A DNA stretch of 64,000 nucleotides from Octopus sinensis (GCF_006345805.1 NC_042997.1:200818001-200882000); one strand, 5' to 3'; numbered from the stretch's first letter, positions 50,990 to 63,439 are shown. Numbers and translations are program-made. Notes: a model not told the origin generated them from the sequence alone.

Positions 50990-52860
50990 GGTAACTTTGA
51001 TAGGTTTTGGCCATTATAGGCCCAGGTCATGTCTGACTTAATAGCACCACCTGGTGAAGTCTTTTAATCATATACGGGATACCATGGCCCACTTTAGCAA
51101 AGAGCAATCATTGTTGGAGACATATCCAGTTGTAGGAATTTGTTCCAGGATTTTTTTACGTATTTTGGTATGGTATTAAAGAGAGCTGAACCAGTTGAGT
51201 TAAAGTTGTGACATAATGTTGTTATGTGAAGCACGACCTTCGAACTCTAGGTCTCACCAAGGAAATGACCAGAGACCGAGACCTATGGAAGTATGCTGTG
51301 CGTGAGAAGACCCGGCAAGACCAGTGAGAACAATCAAAATCAAATCATATATCAGAAAGCAGGGGTTAAGTGACCCATCTGTTCGTGTCCGCTGTCAGCC
51401 TCGTCTGGCACCCGTGCCGGTGATACGTAAAAGCACCATTCGCTCATGGCCGTTTGCCAGCTCTGCCTGGCCCCGTGTGGTGGCACGTAAAAGCACCATC
51501 CGTTCGTGTTCGTTGCCAGCCTCGCCTGGCCCCGTGCCAGTGACACGTAAAAGCACCGTCCGTTCGTGGCCGTTGGCCAGCTCTGTCTGGCCCCGTGTCG
51601 GTGGCACGTAAAAGCACCATCCGTTCGTGGCCATTTGCCAGCTCTGTCTGGCCCCGTGTCGGTGGCACGTAAAAGCACCATCCGTCCGTGTCCGTTGCCA
51701 GCCTCGGCTGGCCCCCGTGCCGGTGACACGTAAAAGCACCGTCCGCTCGTGGCCGTTTGCCAGCTCTGTCTGGCAACCGTGTCGGTGGCACGTAAAAGCA
51801 CCATCTGTTCGCGTCCGTTGCCAGCCTCGGCTGGCCCCCGTGCCGGTGACACGTAAAAGCACCATCCGTTCATGGCCGTTTGCCAGCTCTGTCTGGCCCC
51901 GTGTCGGTGGCACGTAAAAGCACCATCCATCCATGTCCGTTGCCAGCCTCGGCTGGCCCCCGTGCCGGTGACACGTAAAAGCACCGTCCGCTCGTGGCCG
52001 TTTGCCAGCTCTGTCTGGCAACCGTGTCGGTGACACGTGAAAGCACCGTCCGTTCGTGGCCGGTTGCCAGCTCTGTCTGGCCCCGTGTCGGTGGCACGTA
52101 AAAGCACCATCCGTTCGTGTCCGTTGCCAGCATCACCTGGCCCCGTGCCGGTGACACGTAAAAGCACCATCCGTTCGTGGCCGTTCACCAGCTCTGTCTG
52201 GCACCTGTGCAGGTGGCACGTAAAAAACACCTACTACACTCGCGGAGTGGTTGGCGTTAGGAAGGGCATCCAGCCGTAGAAACACTGCCAGATCTGACTG
52301 GGCCTGACGAAGCCTTCCAGCTTCACAGACCCCAGTTGACCCGTCCAACCCATGCTAGCATGGAAAACGGACGCTAAACGATGATGATGATGATGATGAT
52401 GATGTGTCCTGAGTTCGATTTTTGAAATAGGCGGATAGCATGGGGGGGGGGGAGTCTTGAATGTATTTTAAAATTGATGCCAGCATCATTTGTGCAATAT
52501 TGATGAAATATTTTCCACATCACACAAATGATGTAACACTCTTGGCACCATTGGAGAGAGTAGAGATTGAGTTTTTTTTAGTCAACCCCAATAGTCAATG
52601 CCTCTCATGCAGTCTATCTTTCTTGTTATTGACCTATTGAGTGCTTCCACTTTCATAATGAGTTGCTTCATTTGGGGAGACCACAGTGGGTAATAGTACT
52701 TAACGTGGGGTCGAGCAAATCCATTTGAATTCTTAAAACTAAAGAAACAGCAAGTCGTAAAATCCATGAACACATATCATACCTAACTGCTTTGAAATAC
52801 TTCAATATTCTTGTGATGAATGTCGGGATGGTGGAACTATCAGAATAAGTAGAGCATCAG
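50990..52860 (-). mobile_element. CR1/L2-group LINE 3' fragment split by an RTE insertion
   Basis: YYYPLWSPQMKQLI...RLKKLNLYSL...MWKIFHQ (52402-52860) joins the 3' part (50990-51228); uninterrupted sister copy at 63443-63885. Confidence 0.85.
51229..52401 (+). mobile_element. 5'-truncated RTE LINE with a 14-unit tandem array in its 3' UTR; 5-bp TSD ATGTG
   Basis: ORF end KHDLRTLGLTKEMTRDRDLWKYAVREKTRQDQ* (51229-51327), array 51374-52230, tail, (GAT)n; ATGTG at 51224-51228 and 52402-52406. Confidence 0.9.
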
Positions 52861-53329
52861 ACAAAATGTATTATGATATTTCTTCCAATTTTTTACGTTC
52901 TGAATTCAAATCCTAAGATTGACAGAGAGAAAGGCTGCTAGCTGGTAGAATTGTTTATGCACGGGGCAAAATGCATAGTAGCATTTCTCCATTCTCTTTA
53001 TATTCAAATTCCATCCTTTTGGGATCAATAAAATAAGTACTAGTTTAACACTGGGGTTAATTACATTGACTTTATGGTCCCTAAATTGTTGACCATGGGC
53101 TAAAAAAGTTGAAACCAATATTCTTGCAATGGATTAATAAACACCTGAAAAAGTCATTTGCAGAAGAATAGAAGTGATGCTGCAAAGGTTCCTATGGCTG
53201 TAAAGACAAGTTATTGATGCTAGGAAACAGGAAGTTGACCAATGACTGCAAATGGCATGCTTTTGATAGAGTCTCTCGCATGTGGGCCCTGGAAACAGCC
53301 ATGTATAAGATATCATCAATAATCCTTTT

Positions 53330-53526
53330 TATTGGTGGCAGAAGGCTTCAAATTTGTGGAGAGGAGACTAGTTGATTACATTGGCCCCACTGGTACTTAA
53401 TTTATCGACCCTGAAAGGATGAAAGGTAAAGTTGACCTAGGCAGAATTTGAAATCAGAATGTAGCAAAATACTGCAAAGCATTTTGTCCAGTGTGCTAAC
53501 GATTCTACCAGCTTGCCGCCTCAAAG
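53330..53526 (-). mobile_element. Nin/Deu-like SINE
   Basis: Family match. Confidence 0.78.
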
Positions 53527-53746
53527 ATAACACACGTAAAAAGCACCATTTGGGTGTGGCCGTTGCCAGTACCACCAAACTGACTCTCGTGCTGGTGGCA
53601 CGTAAAAGCACCCACTACACTCTCGGAGTGGTTGGTGTTAGGAAGGGCATCCAGCTGTAGAAACTCTGCCAGATCAGATTGGAGTCTGGTTCGCCAGTCC
53701 TCAGTCAAACCGTCCAACCCATACTAGCATGGAAAGCGGACATTAA

Positions 53747-53777
<31 letters not shown>

Positions 53778-53790
53778 GGATGATGATGAT
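53527..53790 (+). mobile_element. RTE-type 3' end, unit d
   Basis: Family match. Confidence 0.82.
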
Positions 53791-53818
53791 ATATATATAT
53801 AGTAGAAATATATATATG

Positions 53819-54262
53819 ATGGTGCTAAGAGCACCATCCGAGCGTGATCATTGCCAGAGTGGCTAACTGGCTTCTATGCTGGTGGCACGTAAAAAGCACC
53901 ATTCAAGTGTGATCGTTACCAGCATCACCCTATTGGCACCTGTGCTGGTGGCATGAGAAAAAATATTCGAGCGAGTTTGTTGCCAGTGCCGCCGGATTGG
54001 ATCATGTGCAGGTGGCACGTAAAAAACACCATTTGAGCATGGCCGTTGCCAGTACTGCCTGACTGGCCCTCATGCCGGTTGCATGTAAAAGCACCCACTA
54101 CACTCTCAGAGTGGTTGGCGCTAGGAAGGGCATCCAGCTGTAGAAACTCTACTAGATCAAGATTGGAGCCTGGTGCAGCCATCTGGTTCACCAGTCCTCA
54201 GCCAAATTGTCCAACCCATGCTAGTATGGAAAGCAGACATTAAACGATGATGATGATGATGA
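53819..54262 (+). mobile_element. RTE-type derivative with units a-b-c-d and a 5' hairpin ATGGTGCT-AAG-AGCACCAT
   Basis: Four units plus tail, embedded in (TA)n. Confidence 0.85.
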
Positions 54263-55253
54263 TATATATATATATGCATGTATGTATATATATATAGAGA
54301 TTATTTATTTCTCTTACACGATTAAACATTTTGTATGAGATTTTTATTCATCTCACACTCTTCTTGCCTTCCTGATCTTTCTGCTTCCCACTTTTACCTC
54401 TCTTTCTTTTACCTGGCTATAACTTTGCACACACTTCTATCACACCCACACATTTCTTCCTGTGTCTTTTTTTCAGTAAGTTTATCTTACAACATAATAA
54501 CAGGCGTGTTTTTTAAGGACATCCCTGAAGTACAAATTTTAAATTAAGACTGAAGTTTGAAAATATAAAAAAACACTTTTAATAGAAATATATGAATAAA
54601 TCTAACATTATTGCATCGTATAAAATGATAATCATTTACATCAATTTTTACACCTATTTTCTCTGTTCTCATAGGTAAACTGTTTCTCTGAGATGCTGTT
54701 GTACAGCCAGATGCCCTTCCAGTTGCCAACCCTTAGTTGTCTCTTATGACACACAAGGGTGTTGTGGACTTATTTCAAAACTAGGATACACTTGGTATAT
54801 TCTTTCACTTGTTTACTCTTTTATTTGTTTCAGTCATTTGACTGCAGCCATGCTGGAGCACTGTCTTAAGTCAAACAAATCAACCCCAGGATTTATTTTT
54901 TGTAAGACTAGTACTTATTCTATTGGATCTCTTTTGTCAAACTGCTAAGTTATGGGAACATAAACATACCAGCATCAGTTGTCAAGTGGACAAACACAGA
55001 TGCACAAACACAAACACACACAGACATATATATATTCTTTTATTATTTTACCTCTTTCAGCCATTTGACTGTGGCCATCTGGAGCAGTCTTAAGTTGAAC
55101 AAATCGACCCCAGTACTTATTCTTTGTAAGAATACTAGTTATTCTATCAGTGTCTTTTGCCAAACCGCTAAGTTATGGGGACATAAACACACCAGCATCA
55201 GTTGTCAAGTGATGGTGGGGGAACAAGCACAGACACATCGACATACACACAAA

Positions 55254-55290
<37 letters not shown>

Positions 55291-55599
55291 CATCATCATC
55301 ATCATCATCGTTTAGCGTCCATTTTCCATGCTAGCATGCATTGGATGGAAAGAGTCAGCAGAAGTTCGCCATTACTTTCTACCGGAGCCGCGTAGGTGTT
55401 TTCGCTCATAAACACACACATCGCCTGGTCCTAGATTCGAACCACGATCCCTCGACCGCGAATCCGCTGTTCTAACCACTAGGCCATACAACAGGCTTCT
55501 TTCAGTTTCCATCTATCAAATCCACTCACAAGGCTTTGGTCGGCCTGAGGCTATAGTAGAAGACACTTTCCCAAGGTACCACACAGTGGGTCTGAACCC

Positions 55600-56130
55600 A
55601 GTGCCACCTGACTGGCCCCTGTACCAGTGGTAGGTAAAAAGCACCCACTACACTCTCGGAGTGGTTGGCATTAGGAAGGGCATCCAGCTGTAGAAACTCT
55701 GCCAGATCGAGACTGGAGCCTGGTGCAGCCATCTGGTTGGCCAGCCCTCAGTCAAATTGTCCAACCCATGCTAGCCTCGAAAGTGGACGTTAAACGATGA
55801 TGATGATGATGATGATGATTTATTCTTTTTGAGTGTTGGGCCACACAGAGGCAAAGTGGCTGAGTTCCTTTTGAGTGTTGGGCCTCACAGAGGAATGGGC
55901 AAGACCTTTGGCATTATGTCATGCTTGAGAAGAAGACCCACCAAGTGGTGTCATGTAAAAGCACTCATTACACTCCTGGAGTGGTTGACATTATGAAAGG
56001 CATCCCGCCATAGAAACCATGCCAAGTCAGACTGAAGTCTGGTGCAGCCTTCCAGCTTACCAGCCCTGGTCAAGCCGTCCAACCCATGCCAGCATGGACA
56101 ATGGACGTTAAATGAGGATGATGATGATGA
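55600..56130 (+). mobile_element. Two tandem RTE-type 3' ends
   Basis: 55600-55820 and 55895-56130, each ending in (GAT)n. Confidence 0.8.
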
Positions 56131-56176
56131 TTTAAATATGCATGTTTCATACATACTCCCATACAATATTGAAAAC

Positions 56177-56443
56177 CAGTGGTTCCCAAAGTGAGCAGAA
56201 CTGCCCTTTTAAGGGCAGTGGGAAGATCCAGGGAGGTGTTGAAGAAAAGTGGGTTGATTATGGGGTGGCCAAAATGGGGTAACAGATGTAAAAAAGAAAA
56301 CAATATTAATAGGTTGACTAGGTTTAAGTTTTATTTATGAAGTACAATTGTTTTAAATTTGTGATGAGGAGAGTGAGGGGGAGGCTAGGAATATGACCCG
56401 GGTGCCAAGGGGGTGGCAGCCTGAAAATGTTTGGGAACCACTG
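56177..56443. mobile_element. hAT (Charlie-like) MITE
   Basis: TIR CAGTGGTTCCCAAA / TTTGGGAACCACTG; 8-bp TSD TTGAAAAC / TTGGAAAC. Confidence 0.9.
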
Positions 56444-56549
56444 TTGGAAACTACTTCAAGTATGTTTACATTTTTTGTCTTTTATCGCTTACTTGTTTCA
56501 GTTATAAATACGTACATACATACATATATATATGTAGTCAGTCCACCTG

Positions 56550-57215
56550 TGCATATATATACGTAGTCAGTCCACCTGTGCATACCTTCCTTCTTGTGAC
56601 ACTTGTGAAGACCTGTTGAGGCAAGTGAAAATCAAAATCAAAATCAAAATCAAAACAAATTAAAATAGATGAACATCAATGGAATTTGTATCTTTGTGGT
56701 ACCAGTGCCGGTGGCACACAAGAAAACCATCCGAACGTGGCCGTAGCCAGTACCGCATCGACTGGCCTCCGTACTGTGGGAACGTAACAAACACCATCCG
56801 ATAGTGGCCGTTCGCCAGCCTCATCTGGCACCTGTGTCGGTGGCACATAAAAAACACCATCTGAGCGTGGCCGTTCGCCAGCCTCGTCTGGCACCTGTGT
56901 CGGTGGCACATAAAAACACCATCCGAGCGTGGCCGTCTGCCAGCCTCGTCTGGCACCTGTGTCGGTGGCACATAAAAAACACCATCTGAGCGTGGCCGTT
57001 CGCCAGCCTCGTCTGGCACCTGTGTCGGTGGCACATAAAATCACCCACTACACTCTCGGAGTGGTTGGCGTTAGGAAGGGCATCCAGCTGTAGAAACACT
57101 GCCAGATCTGACTGGCCTGGTGCAGCCTTCGGGCTCCCCAGACCCCAGTTGAACCGTCCAACCCATGCTAGCATGGAAAGCGGACGTTAAATGATGATGA
57201 TGATGATGATGATGA
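56550..57215 (+). mobile_element. RTE LINE 3' end with (AAAATC)n linker and a ~6-unit hairpin array
   Basis: The last four units are nearly identical (cgccagcctcgtctggcacctgtgtcggtggcacataaaa). Confidence 0.87.
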
Positions 57216-57224
57216 TATATAATG

Positions 57225-57255
<31 letters not shown>

Positions 57256-57339
57256 TTCTATAATATTTCTATTATATGTAATTTTCTAGATGGTGTAATT
57301 TCATTTTTTATTTTGAATTGATAAAAGTTGTTCTTTTAA

Positions 57340-57388
<49 letters not shown>

Positions 57389-57427
57389 TGTATGTATGTA
57401 TGTATGTATGTATGTATGTATGTATGT

Positions 57428-57815
57428 ATCATCATCATCATCATTTAACATCCGCTTTCCATGCTAGCATGAGATGGATGATTTTAACTGAGGGCTGGCG
57501 AACCAGATGGCTGCACCAGGCTCTGATTCTTGATGTGGCAGAGTTTCTACAGCTGGATGCCCTTCCTAACGCCAACCACTCCGAGAGTGTAGTGGGTGTT
57601 TTTTACGAGCCACTGGCACGGGGGCCAATTAGGCGGTACTGGCAACGACCTCACTTGAATCTTTTTACACATACCACCAGTACAGGTGCCAGTAAGGCAA
57701 CGTTGGTAATGATCACGCTTGAATGGTGCCCTTTTACATGCCACTGGCATGCAAGCCAGTTGGCTGCTCTGGCAACGATCACACTCAAATGGTGCCCTTT
57801 AAGTGCCACTGGCAC
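57428..57815 (-). mobile_element. RTE-type derivative, units a-b-(c/d hybrid)
   Basis: Same three-unit subtype as 1733-2112. Confidence 0.83.
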
Positions 57816-58514
57816 GGAAACTCCTATTCTAGTTTTATTATTAGATATTATTAGGAATTGTATTTAAAAAAATTAAGATATTTGGAGTATTGTAAAAACA
57901 TAAGCAGTTTATTTCTCATAAATTTTAACAAAGAATTTTCTTATATTGGACCCCCAAGGGCCATGTGGATCTTGGTTGAGAACCACTGGATTAAAGAATG
58001 GTAAAGGGATAGGAATAGGTGTCTTGCTGAAGAGGAGATTCATGGCTTCTCCAACTGGAGAGCACGAGAAAAGAAATGGTGAGGGTGAACTTATACAACA
58101 ACAATTACTAATACCAGCCAAATGGTTTACATTAAAAAATTGTTGTTTTTTTTTAATTTACTTCTAAAGTTTCAAAATCTACAGGGCAACATTATTTTGA
58201 TCGTATATATAGTAATAGGTAAGTGTAATCCAGGCATCCAAGTGTAGGAAGTCAGTAAGCTTTGAGCATGTATGCACCAAGTGTAGATGGCAAAAACTGG
58301 ACAATACACAACAGAATGAGATTATTAAGAGCATAAGTTACACACTTCATCCCATATCCAAATCAAAGGAAATTTCTATAAGCTGACTCATGGTTTAGCT
58401 TAAGATATTTATTGCAAATATATTTGGATAAACGCCAGCTGGTATTTATAGGTTTAGTTTGAGAAATGGCGAACAGACATTCAAACGTATATGTTTACCT
58501 TAGAATTGGTGGTG

Positions 58515-59065
58515 ATGTGTGTATGTATATGTATATTTTGCGTACATACATATATACATACATAATTACATGTGTGTATGCATGTATGCTTACATACATA
58601 CAGGTGTTCATACATACATGTACATACATACATATATACATGTATATATACATACATATATACATACCTATACATACGTACATATATAATTACATGTATG
58701 CATGCATGTATGCTTACATACATACAGGCGTTCATACATACATAAATGTACATACATACATACATACATATACATATATATATACACATACATATATATA
58801 CATACATACCTATATACATATGTATGTACATACATAATTACATGTATGCATACCTGCATGCACACATACATACATACATACATACACATATGCATACATA
58901 CGTGCATGCATATATTTATGTGTGTATGCATGTCTACATATATGTGCACATGTGAATGTGTGTGCATGTGTGTATTTGTGTGAGTATGTGTTTGCATATG
59001 TATTTATAGGTTAGCATGTACTTGCATGAGTGTGTATATATGTGCATGTCTGTGTGTGTGTGTGT
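58515..59065. repeat. CATA/TA/TG compound satellite with a ~126-147-bp internal duplication
   Basis: ataattacatgt...gcttacatacatacagg(t/c)gttcatacatacat recurs at ~58562 and ~58688, partial at ~58835. Confidence 0.85.
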
Positions 59066-59220
59066 TTCTGAAATTTGCATGAACACTGTTATTCCATGTT
59101 TATCATTATTTGATCAAAGCAGTGACGATGTTGACATTTCTTGTTGTTATAGCGACTGGTTGCTCTCTACTTTCATAATCAGCAGAACAGAGAAAAGAAA
59201 ATGGAACAAGTATCCTTTAC

Positions 59221-59304
59221 CTGACAACAGGTAAAGTTTAACAAGAACAGCACCCAATCATAAAATCTTGCAGCAAATAACTCCATGTTCAAACCCATGA
59301 TAGC
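59221..59304 (-). CDS. Candidate 84-nt phase 0-0 exon (AIMGLNMELFAARFYDWVLFLLNFTCCQ), unidentified
   Basis: Acceptor ttaatgtttcttttacag|G after a very AT-rich tract, donor CAG|gtaaag, single open frame. A competing plus-strand candidate overlaps it. Confidence 0.4.
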
Positions 59305-60025
59305 CTGTAAAAGAAACATTAAATTTATTAATTAATATTGTTCTATTAAATTTATTAATTACTATAATTTTATTAAATTTACTTTGGAGCTTTATATTCT
59401 CTAATTGAGTACAGATCCGTGTCAAGATGCAATGAACTAGATTGTCCCTTGCATGACCATGAAGTTCTGACAAGAGGTAAGGTGACACACTGGTTGAATA
59501 ATGCTTTGTTGTCATGTCTATGTATTCTCTCAGGTCACACCTTATATTATGGCCAACACAACACAATCATATCTTATAACTCACTTACACATACTCATAG
59601 TTTCTCTGTAGGGTAAATTATATTAAAGAAATGTTTGACACCACAAAATGCATAATATCACAATGTATGAAAGTTAAGGAGATAGACAAAGAACATGCTG
59701 TCTCTCACTCCTGTTTAGAAGTTACATACATATACACACACACACACACACATATCGTTGCTATTATGTTAAACTGTTGTATGTATTTTTTTTTCTTCTC
59801 AACATTTAATTTTGCTTGCAATAGCCGTTTCTTTTGCTCAAACTCTCATATCTCCCACTACTTCAGAGGCCAAGATATGAAAATTGTCAAAGTCTAGTAC
59901 AACAGTTTAGCATTTTTCAAAAAGTGTAGTAAGTCTCATATATGACAGTTTTGCAAAAATATTTCTGGCTGAAAATATCTGACATACATGGAGTTACAAT
60001 TTTATGCATAAAACAAAGAAATATT

Positions 60026-60065
60026 GGACTATAGTTTCAAGGTAATTACCTTGAAACTATAGTCC
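60026..60065. other. Perfect 40-bp palindrome
   Basis: GGACTATAGTTTCAAGGTAA|TTACCTTGAAACTATAGTCC. Confidence 0.97.
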
Positions 60066-60579
60066 GTATGTAGTACTTAGGTCTTCGAGGGAGGATGACC
60101 TCCCTTTGCAAATAACACAAGGGCACTGAGATAGTGTCTAAAGTCCATCTGGTGACGTTGATCGCCTGGGGCTAAAAGCATCAGTAACACCCCACCCCCA
60201 GTGGCTAGCCACATTCAGATGGCTAGTACACCTTACGTTGTCGAGCAGTTACTGTTTATATCTCGTTCAGAGATTTATTATTGCTTTCAGACAGTTTTTC
60301 TAAATCAGTGACAGTGGTTGCTGTGAAAAACCTTATATATTATTTGAAAGAAATATTGTTAAGTTGGAACTGTTGCTACTGTAAAAAAAATGGATGGTGA
60401 AATTATTTTTTGTTTTCTGAAAAAGCAACATTTTGGACTTACGACACTTTTGCATAATAACAACAGGGTATAAACAGATTTTAAGGTAATTAAATATACT
60501 CCCTGTCGTTCAGCTATAATTAGATTCAGCTGAAGGTTTTCTTTCTTTTTCCTTGTATTGCAAATTACTTGGTGACCTT

Positions 60580-60935
60580 ACAAGTGCTGGTGTCATGAAA
60601 AGAAAAAGCATCCAGTACACATTGTGAAGTGGTTGGTGTTAGGAAGGTTATCCAGCCATAGGAACCATATCATGGCAGCATCAAAATTGATGATGATGAT
60701 GGTGGTGGTGGTGGCGGTGGTGGTGGTGATAGTGGTGATGGTGGTGGTGATGGTGATAATGATGGTGGTGATAGTGGTGACGATGGTGGTAGTGATGATG
60801 ATGTGGTGGTGGTAGTGGTGATGATGATGATGATTATGATGGTGGTGGTGATGGTGATGATGATGATGATAGCAATGATGATGATGACGACGATAATGAT
60901 GATGATGATGATGGTGGTGGTGGTGATGATGATGG
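60580..60935 (+). repeat. Diverged RTE tail followed by (GAT/GGT)n tract
   Basis: Seen directly. Confidence 0.75.
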
Positions 60936-61349
60936 TTGCTTATTCTACGATGTACAAAACTACATGAATGATAACATATCCCAGAGATCTAAATGCTTCG
61001 AAGATTTTCAGTGATTGGTTCTTCCTTTCTATTTTAAAGTCAGTTTCTTCTCCTACTTTCTATTTGCTTCAGCCAGTGGATGGCGCCCATGCTGGGGCAC
61101 CTGCTTGAAGGGCTCAATCAAGCAAATTGACTCTAGTGCTTATGTTTTAATACCAGATTTAGAAATAAGTCTGACACTGATTTCATAGGATGTAAACAAA
61201 CCAACACCAGTGGAAAAACGTTTGGGGGGGGGGCAAAGACAAGCACAAAGACATATACATTCACACACACACACACATATACAACAGGCTTTCAGACAGT
61301 TTCTGTCGACCAGCTTCCATCACAAAACAGTCAGCCTGGGGCTATAATC

Positions 61350-61561
61350 CTTTCTACTATAGGCACAAGGCCTGAAATTTGGGGAAGGGGATAGTCAATT
61401 ACATCAACCCCAGTGTTTCACCGGTACTTAATTTATCGACCCCAAAAAGATGAAAGACAAAGCCAGTCTTGGTGGAATTTGAATTTAGAACGTAGCAACG
61501 GGTGAAATGCCGCTAAGCATTCCATCCAGCTTGCTAACGATTCTGCCAGCTCACAGCCTTC

Positions 61562-61604
<43 letters not shown>

Positions 61605-62320
61605 TCTACAGCACAAGGCCTGAAATTTGAGGAAGGGGGATAGTCGATTACCTCAACCCCAGTACTCAAACTGGTACTTAATTTATCGACCCTGAAAGGA
61701 TGAAAGGCAAAGTTGACCTCGACGGAATTTGAACTCAGAATGTAAAGACAGATGAAATACCTATTTCTTTACTACCCACAAGGAGCTACACACAGAGAGG
61801 ACGAACAAGGACAGACAAACGGATTAAGTCGATTATATCGACCCCAGTGCGTAACTGGTACTTATTTAATCAACCCTGAAAGGATGAAAGGCAAAGTTGA
61901 CCTCGACGGAATTTGAACTCAGAATGTAAAGACCTATTTCTTTACTACCCACAAGGAGCTACACACAGAGAGGACGAACAAGGACAGACAAACGGATTAA
62001 GTCGATTATATCGACCCCAGTGCGTAACTGGTACTTATTTAATCAACCCTGAAAGGATGAAAGGCAAAGTTGACCTCGACGGAATTTGAACTCAGAATGT
62101 AAAGACCTATTTCTTTACTACCCACAAGGAGCTACACACAGAGACGACGAACAAGGACAGACAAACGGATTAAGTCGATTATATCGACCCCAGTGCGTAA
62201 CTGGTACTTATTTAATCAACCCCAAAAGGATGAAAGGAAAAGTTGGCCTTGGTGGCAGACAAAATGCTGCTAAGCATTTTGCCTGGCATGCTAACGTTTC
62301 TGCCTGCTCGTCATCTTCAA
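61350..62320 (-). mobile_element. Cluster of Nin/Deu-like SINEs including a 173-bp tandem triplication (61760-62220)
   Basis: cctatttctttactacccacaagg starts at 61760, 61933 and 62106. Confidence 0.9.
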
Positions 62321-63110
62321 CCTGGGGCTATAATAGGAGACACAACCCATGGTGTTGTGCAGTGGGATTGAACCTAAAACTTCATGGTTACAAAGCGATC
62401 TTCTTAACCACACCAGCAATCTATACATTTATTTACATAAATTTCTGTTTTCATATCTAAAATGACCAGAATTTAATAACCATAGAAGAAATTTCCTTTC
62501 CATCAACTTAAATTATTGCAAAGTTATTCCAAGACACTTTTTATTTCTGTTTACCACCACCACCAACGACGACCACCACCACCTTTGCTATGGTCAGTGT
62601 GAAGAATAGTAACAAGGTAAGGAAGTTTATTAACCTGTGGGAATTTACTGTCCCTCAGGCTATGTAAATATTGTCTTCCATTTCCTTTGTTGGAAGCAAA
62701 AATATTGAATATAGTCTCATAGGTGCGAGAGTAAGTGTGTAATGAAATTTATTGAAAACTAAAATGTGTTCAGTTGTTCATAGCTTGGGGGATATAAAAA
62801 AAAAAAAAGAATTCATAGAGGTCAAATAAGCATTTTCTATGTAAATTATATTTTGGGGGTAAGTTAAATATGACATTAAATCGGAAAAATTATTTTGGAA
62901 ACTGTTGCGAAGAATTGCAAAAAAAATAATAAAAATAAAAACAAAATAAAATAAAAACTAATTAAAAAGAAAAGTTATGAATTCATGAATCCATTAAGGT
63001 TATTGAAATGCATATAAATATAATCACAACCAGATACATACGCACACGCATACATACAAATATACATATGTACACACGACAAAAACACACATTTGTATAC
63101 ATATATATTT

Positions 63111-63194
<84 letters not shown>

Positions 63195-63395
63195 TCATCG
63201 TCATCGTTGTTTAACATCCGCCTTCCACACTGGCATGGGAGGAAGGATGTCCGTGAGCATGTGTGTATGCATGTATGCATGTGTGTGTACATATCTATGA
63301 ATATACAAATAGATGTCTATGTAAATATGTTTGTGTATGTATGTGTATATAAAAATACACACACACACACACATGCACATATATAATCTGTATAC

Positions 63396-63439
<44 letters not shown>

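Noticed and set aside
51324-52348. CRISPR array or repetitive protein ORFs (up to 292 aa)
   Set aside because: Eukaryotic context, no cas genes, loops only 6-10 nt and recurring. The array lies inside a TSD-bounded RTE 3' UTR, and the ORFs are by-products.
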